Notes under the pieces: model-generated
Told to the model about the DNA's origin: nothing
The model's input: only the letters and a program-made list of their open reading frames with translations
Databases searched by the model: none
Part shown: piece after piece, positions 38,997 to 48,423 of the stretch
Layout: every line of letters begins with the position of its first letter
Position numbering within the stretch: the stretch's first letter is position 1
Assembly (NCBI GenBank): GCA_004764695.1
Contig: SMSO01000031.1
Coordinates: 2,952,436 to 3,016,435, forward strand
DNA length: 64,000 nt
Direction: 5' to 3'
Source of the DNA: Schizochytrium sp. TIO01
Lineage: Eukaryota; Protista; Bigyra: Labyrinthulomycetes
Translations under genes and position numbers: made by a program

Positions 38997-40019
38997 TCAG
39001 GCACTCTCGCAAACCTCCTCAGCAAGCTGTTTTTCTCTTGAAATCATTTCTTGACCAAGTAGAGGATCCCGAATGCATAGTCTTTTATTTGATGATAGGA
39101 GCCCTGGCTCATCTTGCTTCCGTTTGGGAGAAACACTGGTAATATCAAAGTCCAGAACACGATTCAGATTATCTCTTGCATAAGGTGTATGATCTGAATG
39201 GGAGTACCCAAGGGGGCAAGAAACTGTTGTTTCTGCGATAGGCTCATCAGATCGCTGAGGCTGTTCAAGTTTTCCAGTAGTTACAGCCGGTTTTGGGCGC
39301 CTCTCCGAAAGCATCATTTCTCGCGCTAAGCGCTGGAACTCCGTCCATTCTAAATTGGGCAATGTTTTGAGGTCTTGCAAATTTAGTGAGTCCGAATTGT
39401 GGGAGTCTATGGCGAACATGAAGCCAAGCATTATAAACTCATCCAGGCTGGTTTCGGTTTCTTGAAACTGAGCGGAAAGCTTTTTCATTCGAGTGATCGA
39501 ACGAGCAAAAACTCTTGAATCCAGAGACTCACGTTTGAGTTCGCGTAAGTTGTTCATGAAGTCAAAATATAGCTCCAACTTTGCTTCGATTGTACGATTG
39601 CCGTACCAGGCATTTAAGTTTTCCCAAGCTCCTACTCCCGCCAGGTAGTCTTCTGTTGTACCCAGGAGAGGTGGCAGAAGGCATTCACGCATCGAGGACT
39701 CAGCCAACACAGTGGTCAAAATTTTAAATAGAAGGTGATCCCTCTCAGAACGAAGCAAAGAGCTGTCTTGCATGGCCCTGATCTGATCTGGATGGCAGCC
39801 TAAATTCATACAGACCAATTCAACAGAATCACGAAAGCCTGGCCAGTCACTGCGCTTCTCGAGAGATGGAATTTGATAAGATTGCTGCACAGATCCGCAT
39901 TCCAGAACGATTCCTGCACTGCTGAGTTGCGCAATGCGAAAGTCCTCAGTTAAGCTTACATTCTCAAGGCTCTCCAGCACTTCACGTGTTGCCGAAGCAG
40001 TATACAAGGCGCGGTTCAT
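38997..40019 (-). CDS. Ty1/copia Gag-like (retrotransposon capsid, UBN2/Retrotran_gag_2-type) protein with no pol
   Basis: Ordered copia-Gag-like motifs: IPSLEKRSDWPGFRDSVELVCMNLG; RDHLLFKILTTVL; GVGAWENLNAWYG; SITRMKKLSAQFQETETSLDEFIML; LEWTEFQRLAREMMLSE; degenerate C/H cluster CPLGYSHSDH. First ATG at 40019. Recognised by eye only. Confidence 0.65.
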   Translation of the reverse strand: MNRALYTASATREVLESLENVSLTEDFRIAQLSSAGIVLECGSVQQSYQIPSLEKRSDWPGFRDSVELVCMNLGCHPDQIRAMQDSSLLRSERDHLLFKILTTVLAESSMRECLLPPLLGTTEDYLAGVGAWENLNAWYGNRTIEAKLELYFDFMNNLRELKRESLDSRVFARSITRMKKLSAQFQETETSLDEFIMLGFMFAIDSHNSDSLNLQDLKTLPNLEWTEFQRLAREMMLSERRPKPAVTTGKLEQPQRSDEPIAETTVSCPLGYSHSDHTPYARDNLNRVLDFDITSVSPKRKQDEPGLLSSNKRLCIRDPLLGQEMISREKQLAEEVCESA

Positions 40020-42593
40020 CTTAAAAGACCAACTCCAAAAATGCCCCAAGAGGAAAGTATACGTGAGTTGCGATGCTTTTTCGATCAGAGAAACGTTCAC
40101 ACAAGTCAGATCACTATATTTGGGTGCCTCTCACAAACGAATTGGCATCAGTTATGGCTCCAAGCTGCGGCAGGTCGAGTCGTTTGTAGCTCTTGTAGAC
40201 TTAGTCTTGCTATGCAAATAGGTCCACGCTACGAATTTTTAGCAAGTTTCGATTACCCCAAGATGGCCAAAAGCGGCAGTTGCGATCTCGGTTTGAGTGC
40301 GCCAGCTGCGTAAGTGCGTTCCACCAAACCGACACCAGTGTACCCCACGCAAGGTGTCAGCCACGCCCCTTCCACAGCGCACGCAAACGCCACCGGTTTT
40401 AGCATCTGCCCGCCCAAAGGCGTGAGGAAACCTCGTGGAAGCGAGCACGCTCATCCTCTCCTATACAACAACTAACAATCGAAATTTATCAGAGAAAAAG
40501 AAAACAAAACCGCAACTGAGAGAGAAACCACAATATGAGGCTCTTCTTCCCCCTACTCCTACTGTCGACCGTACCCCCATACTATTGTTCTACACCCAGT
40601 GGGGGTCTGCGAGTCCTAAGGCACTTCCACAGTTTACAATAGAAGAGGCGCAACTCTACAAAAAGTCTATGTTTCAATCTTTATTATTCAATCTTAAAAA
40701 ATATAAACAAAAATATAAATAAAATAAAAATAAAAATAAAAACACTTTTAGGCACTCGAAGGAATAAGAAACAACAGTGGAAACAAATAAGTTCAAGTTC
40801 TCGCGAGATACTAGAGACCCTTAAGAGGCCATATACACGAAAGGGAAGGGAGCGGATCACAGACTTCCCACTGTGTGACTGTGTTCTTCATCAGAATTGG
40901 TCTGCCAGAGCCCAGTTTCTGCCATCCTCATCGCACCGGCGCAGGCCCAGGCCTCGAGAGCAGAGGGCGCGAGCTCCCTCTGGGGCCGCCCGGCGCCTCG
41001 CACGCCCAAAGCGATGCCCGTTTGCCGCAGCCTTCGCCGCCATCCCTGCTTTCTCAATACCATTATGCCTTCTCGTGCCTTCTTTCTTCATTGCACTTCA
41101 TCGCCCATTAAACAGAGCTCTTCAAGATTTCTTTTCTTTTCTTTTCTTTTCTTTTCATTCATTCATTCTCAGCCTGAAAAGTGACGACGTCCAAGTCAAC
41201 CGAGGGCAAGAAGCGGTCAGATCACAAGGCGGGAGGGAAAGACGGCGCTCTCCTTGCGATCGCTGGCCGCTCCTCCGCGAAGGCCTTCAGCTTTAAGGCG
41301 CAGCGGCCGCTTTGAGGTCTCAAGGGTTCCTGGGGTTTCCTTGGCTTCTCTAAGTTTCTCTGCGCTGCTTTTGCCACATCTTTTCTCTGTAGTAGAGCGA
41401 CTCTTTTCGAAGCCCCTCTTTTGTTGGGTGGTACGATAACCTGCTTACTTTGTACGGTATCATCATCATCATCACCAATGGGCCTCGACGCTCTCCCTTG
41501 GCTCTCCTCTTGCTTGCTTATTAGAGCTTGCTTGCCAGATCTGGAGAGCGAGGGACACAGGTACCTACACGCGAAGAGTCTGACCCGAAAGCTCTCAAGA
41601 GCAGCTCTCCAGGAATGAAATGAGACGGCTCAGCAAGAGCTGCGAACGAAGTCCAAGAGCCAAGGCTCTCTGCGAAGGCCTTGGGTCTCGCCACAAGAGG
41701 GCCACAGTTCCATTAGCTGTGGAACTGTGGAATAACTAACACCAACCCTGAAGGACACTACCTACCTGTAGTAAGCCAGATTGAAGACCGTAGATTCTCT
41801 AGCTAGAGTATGCAGCATGCAAAAACAAGGAGCGAAGGCCGCACCGGAGACGACGTTTGAGCAGGGGGATTCTCTAGAGGTGGCTCTGTGTTTCAACTCC
41901 TTACAACATTTTGCTTGAGGTGGATACAGTTTTTTACCACAACTTCTATCAGTTTTATTGTATATTTTATTTGAATTGGAAAAAACTAGTAATAAATTCA
42001 CAATTAAAGTGAAAAAAAGCAATTTTAAAATTTTCGATTGAATTTACCCTCTAGAGGGCGCTCTAAAACTTGAAGATTGCAAGCTCTGGAAAGGATGAAA
42101 ATGATATGAACTTTTGGGGGCTAGTAGTTAACATAGAGCATAGGGACAAAGCGAGAGCTGTAGCACACAATCAAGACTCTATATCTGAGATCGTATATCG
42201 TAATAAAGTTTATATTACGGTGCATGATTGCTCAAATGAAAATAAATATCACAAATGAACCCTTGTCTTTTAAGGGCCCCTTAGTTACATAGATACAGGG
42301 GAAATAGGATTTGCCGAGGGAGGTCGGCTAAAGTGCTAGGGTTTACCCGACCTTCTAAGATCTAAGATCGCAAATGGTTGCAAAGTCCACACCAAGCAGT
42401 GCTGACTGTTCTTCGTCGTGTTGGGCGCGAATGACATACACCTTTGCAGGATCTTTGGAAGCCTGACGAACCCGTTCCTTCAAATCGACGTTTCTCTCTG
42501 GTCTGCGCCTTTCTGGCGTTGTTTTAGCTGATTGGCGGTCAGAAAACGAGAGTTGTGCTTTCGACCCAGTCATTTGATGCTTTACTGAGGACG

Positions 42594-43052
42594 ATGGCCA
42601 ACCGAAGCCCAAAGCCTGCTCAGCAATTGAAGCAGGTGCGGGTCACTGATCACCAATATGAGGAGATCCTCACGTTCTTTAGGGATGTGGATCGCGATGC
42701 TCCCTTTCAAAAAGTATTCAATGAGTTTCTCACAGAGGCATTACGCCATGCAAAAATCGCACGAAACAATGGGAGCTTCCACCTCAATCCACCCCAAACT
42801 CCCAATGCGAAGCGGGCTATGCGTAGTCGAAAGCGGCGCAAAGCACAGCATGGTGATCCCTCAACTGTAGAATCGACCTCGGCAAGCGTGCCTGCGGAAT
42901 CAGCTAAGCCAGTTTCCGTGAGCAAGTCTGCGTTATCTGGCCGTGGACATGCTTCTAGGGAAGCGAGAAAAAAATCAGCTCACTTGAATGAGGTCACAGG
43001 TGCACTTGCTTCAACTCCTACTAGTGCTTCAACTGTCTCCTCCACAACTTAA
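42594..43052 (+). CDS. Small hypothetical protein (152 aa) with ribbon-helix-helix-like N-terminus and basic NLS-like, S/T-rich tail
   Basis: ATG at 42594; KQVRVTDHQYEEILTFF...PFQKVFNEFLTEAL; RSRKRRK. Confidence 0.6.
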   Translation: MANRSPKPAQQLKQVRVTDHQYEEILTFFRDVDRDAPFQKVFNEFLTEALRHAKIARNNGSFHLNPPQTPNAKRAMRSRKRRKAQHGDPSTVESTSASVPAESAKPVSVSKSALSGRGHASREARKKSAHLNEVTGALASTPTSASTVSSTT

Positions 43053-43212
43053 TGCAGCATGTCAGATTCCTACGATCCCATCCAAACACTAAGCAACGCT
43101 GATTTGGAGCTCAGCAAAGCAAGAGACATGTAACCATACTCCTTGAAGAGCCAAGCCCATGCCCCACAAACGGACGGAATCTCAATTACAAGTTTAATTA
43201 CAAGTTCTGTGA

Positions 43213-43242
43213 CCCCCCCCCCCCCCCCCCCCCAAAAAAAAA
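43213..43242. repeat. C21 homopolymer followed by A9
   Basis: Direct reading. Confidence 0.9.
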
Positions 43243-44361
43243 CGCAATTGATCACACATAACTTCATCTCTGCAATACTCTACATAGCATCGGAGCAAGC
43301 CAGTATACTACATAGCAATTCTAACCATGTACATTTCCCCCAGATCTTTCTTCTCTTTCCCTCACCATCTCAATTATAAGTTGCCCTATCGTAATGAACC
43401 TACTGCAATCCACGATTGTCATCCGTTCTGGAGGTACAATGGTAGTATATGCCAACTTTAATCAGAGCTTCGCAATGATCTCTTCATTTCAGTTCGTAAT
43501 CTAAAATTAAATCAAATTAGATCAAATCTAGATGCCAAAACCTTTCTAAGACTCAATCTTTAATACTGAGCGAAAATACTATAATTTTATATTCTGTAGG
43601 ATTCACGTTACGCCTCTTCCCTGCACACAGTTTTCTTTAAACTAACCCTAATAAATGGTCAACAGTTTTAAAGTATAGTGAGTAAGCTATATATCACCCC
43701 TATCTAATCCATGCTTTCAACAATGAAAGAAAGGCAACATTGAGCCCACGGTATGCCTCTTTTGGTGTGTGTACAAACTGCACTCCACATATGTTTTTAT
43801 TCTCAGCTTGGCGCATCTTATCTTTTAATTAGAAAGATAACAATTGCACAAACGAACCTTTCATGCATTAACCCTTGTGAAACAGCGAGTCGCTAAGATT
43901 AAGATCTAGCGATGTCTCACCCTGTTAGAGAAAACTTTGTTGACCTTGCTTTCGATCGTGCATCAACCTATCCTTATTGTTACATTTTAAAATTGATTTT
44001 GCTTGATCTTTTTTTTAAGTGGGAGGGGGGCATCATATCTAGCACACACAATCTTGGGGAACACCCGGGTCGGCGGGACCTAAGATTTATTTGATGACCC
44101 CACGAACAAGAAATTTCGATTGAGGATTTTCTGATTAATCAGGTCCTAATTTCGTTTTGTCAGAAAACCTGGATGAGAATTTTTTTAGTATTGCAGTCAC
44201 ATTAGTAGATGGTAGATAGTGCTATATACTATGGTAGGTAGAGGAAACCCTTTCAATCTGTACTGTAATCAATGCTGCAACAAAATCCAAAAACCCGAGG
44301 CAGTAGTACCCACCCAGTAAAGTTGCAAGCAAACTAAAGCTAAAGCATTTGTTGTAGAACA

Positions 44362-45174
44362 ATGTCGAGCGGAAAGGTGACTGTGTGCGTTTTGGGCTGG
44401 TGGCGCAGTAGCCCTAAAGCAGTTTCCAAATATTGTGACCTGTACAAAGCTCACTCGGGTGTAAAGAATGTAGTCACTGACACGATGTCAAGCATGGAGC
44501 TCACCTTTCCAGGTCAGCGCAATCTTGCTGTGCTGCGAACTTTAGAGTTGGTTAATGAGGGAACTAAGCCTGAAGAGGAGGGCAAGCCTTCGAGACCTCT
44601 TGTGATTCACGCTATGAGCAACAATGGCGGCCTGCAGCTTGCAAGCGTTCTTAATCATCTAAAGGCCAGTGGTAATGACATCGAGCAGCCAGACATTCGC
44701 GGCATCATTATTGACTCTGCTCCCGGCGACCTGACCATGGCCACCTGGACGAGGGCTCTTCTTGCGTCGGTTCCGAACCCTACTACCTTTGGCCTTGCGT
44801 TGGGCACGTCTGCTCTTGGTACAGCAGGCACTCTTGCCGCAGTTCTTGGACCGACCTTGAGTTTGGGGGCTCTGGGCTTAGGTGTAGCCTCAACACTCTT
44901 CTTGGACCGCTACGTTACTCAAAATTATCATGCAAGAGTTGTCTACACTATGTCAGGTTATCCCAAGCTCTTTTTATACAGTGATGGGGATGACCTCGTC
45001 AACTACAAGACCGTCGAAGCTGTTGCTGGGCAAATGAAAGCGAAGGGTGACGACATAACTATGCATCGCTTCGACAAGACCCCACATGTTTCTCATATGC
45101 GAAGTGATAAAGATACCTACGAGAAGCTAGTTTATGGATTTTTGGATAAAATTGTGAGCAACCTCCAGAAGTGA
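44362..45174 (+). CDS. TMEM53/DUF829-family alpha/beta-hydrolase-fold protein (paralogue A)
   Basis: VLGWW..S, IHAMSNNGG, IIDSAPG, hydrophobic segment, LFLYSDGDDLV, PHVSH motifs of the DUF829 family. Confidence 0.88.
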   Translation: MSSGKVTVCVLGWWRSSPKAVSKYCDLYKAHSGVKNVVTDTMSSMELTFPGQRNLAVLRTLELVNEGTKPEEEGKPSRPLVIHAMSNNGGLQLASVLNHLKASGNDIEQPDIRGIIIDSAPGDLTMATWTRALLASVPNPTTFGLALGTSALGTAGTLAAVLGPTLSLGALGLGVASTLFLDRYVTQNYHARVVYTMSGYPKLFLYSDGDDLVNYKTVEAVAGQMKAKGDDITMHRFDKTPHVSHMRSDKDTYEKLVYGFLDKIVSNLQK

Positions 45175-45426
45175 ATGCAAAAAATCTTCTCCAAAGTAAA
45201 AGGCATAGAAAGGAAAAAGTACAGACGATGATGATATAACATGTTAAAACGCGAGATGTTGAGGCTAATCCATAAGCTACTTTTTATTTTATAGTATGAA
45301 TTAATTTTTGTGTTGCTTTGTTAGCAATCAGTGGTATTTGTTTGAATGTGAGATCCATTTGCTTCTAGTTGAAAGATTAATCCTTTGAAGAGAAGAAAAA
45401 AATAGATTATGAATGCAAGGGGCTGT

Positions 45427-45972
45427 TTAAGGTAGCTCGATGTCTAGTTTTTTCATTGTGCCCCGTGCACTAGAAAATTTTGAAAGTGATTTTAAGACAC
45501 ATTTCCATCCAGTTGAGGCAATCACAAGTTTGGCACGATGCTGCTTGTCAGGAATAAGATCTAGATCTGATGCACCGGCACCAAACCAGAATACACGCGT
45601 CATGCATTCAAGCTGTGTCATGCACCGAATGACTTTAACTTGATCATCAATGAACCAATTTAGTTGTAGTTTGCACGCCACATGGGCTTTGTCCTCATAG
45701 GTGCGTACGAAAATAACGTGGCTTCTGCGCAAGCGAGTAACATCATAAAATGAATGGTCATTCAGCCACTTGCAAATGCGTTGCTCCATCTCTTCTCCTG
45801 CTTTTGATACGATAAATACATTCTCGGGTCCAAACTGGCCGATGCAATGACGGCACGCTACAAACGCAAGTGGCACAGGATTAGGGTCATCGTCAAGGCC
45901 AATGACCTTGCCAAAATCAATTCCAACCCGTATACCACAGTTGTTTGGCTTGTCCATCATGCGCAGCTTCAT
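45427..45972 (-). CDS. HAD-superfamily hydrolase-like protein
   Basis: VGIDFGKVI (motif I variant), FIVSK (motif II), EDK (motif III), WFIDD (motif IV); first ATG at 45972. Confidence 0.75.
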   Translation of the reverse strand: MKLRMMDKPNNCGIRVGIDFGKVIGLDDDPNPVPLAFVACRHCIGQFGPENVFIVSKAGEEMEQRICKWLNDHSFYDVTRLRRSHVIFVRTYEDKAHVACKLQLNWFIDDQVKVIRCMTQLECMTRVFWFGAGASDLDLIPDKQHRAKLVIASTGWKCVLKSLSKFSSARGTMKKLDIELP

Positions 45973-46121
45973 CAGCACCGAGAAAGACGATAAGACTTTG
46001 CACCCTTTCTAGATCTATGCAGCACTTGCTGATCAGAAAGTACATCGGAACAGATGCGGAAAGATAGATATAATTCCGCACCATTACGGCACTGTTAAGG
46101 AACCGGTCTAATCCGCCAAGC

Positions 46122-46945
46122 TTACAACACCTCACTCTTTGTGCTGATCTCCTGCACATGATGGCCTTGATTCCACGCAGCGATCTCCCAGTTTAACACA
46201 GAACCATCCATTACAAAAGCATGGATGATGCCAATAGAGCTATTATATAATACAATTCCCCGATGTTAGTGTACCTCCTCACATAATAATTAAGCCCACT
46301 ATCTCGAAGAAATTATCCTCCACGAACTTACCAGTTGCTTGTATGCGGTGCAATTCCACTATCTAGATCATAATCCTTGACAAAGTTGAAAAGGCTTGAG
46401 AGAACGCCACCGTGTGCTACCAGCAAAAGCCTTTTATGGTTCTTGGGTGCACGCTGGCCCTCAAGTGAGGTGCTTTCGTCAACGCCCTGATCAGCAACGT
46501 TGACGACAGCGTCTTCCAGAGCAGTACTAGCTCGATCAAACATATCCTGCCGAGACTCGCCGTCGGGAATCTTGTAGCTTGCATCAGTATAAAACCTTTC
46601 AACGACCTCATTCGTGGCTGGGTCTCTTCTCGCATCGATGAGACGCTTGCCTTGGAGGATGCCAACATGGAGTTCACGCAGCCTTGAGTCTTTCAGCACA
46701 TGTGGAGGGTCTTCAAAAGCACGTGCAGAAGCTTGAGCAGTCTCGTAGGCGCGACGCAAGTCTGAGCTCACCACCGCATCAAAGCCGTCAGGGTACTTCT
46801 CTCGCAAAAAGTTTGCAGTCACACGTGCCTGCGATTGGCCCAGATCTGAGAGCTCTGTATCTAGCTGACCTTGGAGACGCTTCTCACGGTTGAAGTTTGT
46901 CTCACCATGTCGGAGGCACACGACCGTCACACGAGTGCCTGTCAT
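46122..46945 (-). CDS. Histidine phosphatase / phosphoglycerate-mutase family protein; two exons (46332-46945, 46122-46239); N-terminus may extend upstream
   Basis: LRHGET.FN..RLQG..D.ELS, SSDLRRAYETA, LRELHVG.LQG, PDGES, LLVAHGG; splicing restores the canonical C-terminus NCSIGII...WEIAAWNQGHH. Confidence 0.92.
46240..46331 (-). other. Spliceosomal intron (92 nt)
   Basis: GTAAGT donor at 46331, ACTAAC branch site at 46270-46265, TAG acceptor at 46240; removal joins TG|C to give Cys and completes the phosphatase domain. Confidence 0.88.
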
Positions 46946-47634
46946 GCTCCGTGGGAGAACCTTCGCAGTGGCTTGGTTTGCGAGCGTCCGTAGATTTCCA
47001 AGATTTCCAAGATTTGATTTGTTTAAGACTTTGTCACTTTTGTCCACGCACTTCGTGGTCTGTTGCGAGAACCGCAGATGCCCTGGGCTGTCAGTCCCAA
47101 TGCGTCTCGAGTTTAGGGACGCAAGCAAAGCGAAGGGCTTAAGGGACGCGAAGCGTCGAATACTGTTATAGTAGGTATTTACCGAATGGCGACTATTATA
47201 CCCTGGTAGATGACTCTTAGGACAGTCTTTTCTGTGTGCTTTCAATTTCCTGTGTGAACTTGGATGATGATAATTCTGGTCCCGTTTTCCAGTTATCGCT
47301 ACACAAGACATTAAAAAGGAAAAGTCATGCATGTTAGGTGAAAGCAGGGACCATGGAAAAAGTCGAAGAATTATGGAATGCAAATGCGCCATCGTTAGAG
47401 GGAAACAAAGCACAAAAGCACAACCTGACTTGCTTAGAGTAGAAAGGAATTGAAATGGTGCATGCATGGAGTTTACCATAGTCTATAGCATATAAGCCAG
47501 TCTGTTGGGGTGCAGCTGTGACGAGGGTCATCTAGTTGAGGTTGCGATTAATCTTATTATGGCACATGTCAAAAAAGCGATAAAGTTAGATTGATTCAAC
47601 AGAATGTAGCGTGAAAGTGTCCGAATGTGGCGTA

Positions 47635-48423
47635 TTATGCGTCATGAGAGGTCACCTTGTCAAGGAAGGTTTGCACAGTAGAATTATAAACTGCGGTCTC
47701 TTTACCAAGATGACCTACATGCGGAGTGTTTTCGAAGCGTTGGCGCATAACGAGATCGCCATTCATTTCCATCACAGAAGCAACATTTTCGATGGTACGA
47801 AAAGACACTAGTGGGTCTGAAAGAGAGTACAAGAAAAGCTTTGGTATTTCACGCGAGCTCTCAATAATACTTCTGTGATACCCATCTGAAAGCCTCTTCT
47901 CAAAGTAGTACATCGAGGCAAAAATGAGGATAACTGCCACACGCAGGGCAAACTTCGAGGGAAGCAATAAGATCACAGATGCCAGCAGAGACCCCACAGC
48001 TGCACTTGTGTTAATCTTCTTCTGAGACGCAAGAAACGCGCGAATAAAGGTTTCAAAGGTAAGGTCACCTGGGCAGGAGTCCAGGACAACCCCCTTTACG
48101 TCGAAAGATTCATCTTCACGCAGCTTTTGGAGTGACCCAGCCAAAACTGTGCCACCCATATTACTCATACTTTGTATGATAACGATCGGGTTGTGGCCTG
48201 ACATTCTCCGTAGCGCATTGCTTGTAGTTCGCAACTTCTTCAAGATTTTCTGTGTTGCTTGATTTTGCTTGATACCTAATAACTCTGCTGTTGTTCCTGC
48301 ATGGACAATGACCTCGCTAACTCGTGGGTTAGATCGGTACAAATCCACGTACTTCTCTACCGAACGCGACTTTGACAGCCACCATGGTAGAAGCAAAACG
48401 ATGACCGGACGTTCGTTGCTCAT
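47635..48423 (-). CDS. TMEM53/DUF829-family alpha/beta-hydrolase-fold protein (paralogue B)
   Basis: LLPWW, IQSMSNMGG, VLDSCPGDLT, hydrophobic segment, PKLFLYSLSDPLV, PHVGH; collinear with 44362-45174. Confidence 0.88.
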   Translation of the reverse strand: MSNERPVIVLLLPWWLSKSRSVEKYVDLYRSNPRVSEVIVHAGTTAELLGIKQNQATQKILKKLRTTSNALRRMSGHNPIVIIQSMSNMGGTVLAGSLQKLREDESFDVKGVVLDSCPGDLTFETFIRAFLASQKKINTSAAVGSLLASVILLLPSKFALRVAVILIFASMYYFEKRLSDGYHRSIIESSREIPKLFLYSLSDPLVSFRTIENVASVMEMNGDLVMRQRFENTPHVGHLGKETAVYNSTVQTFLDKVTSHDA

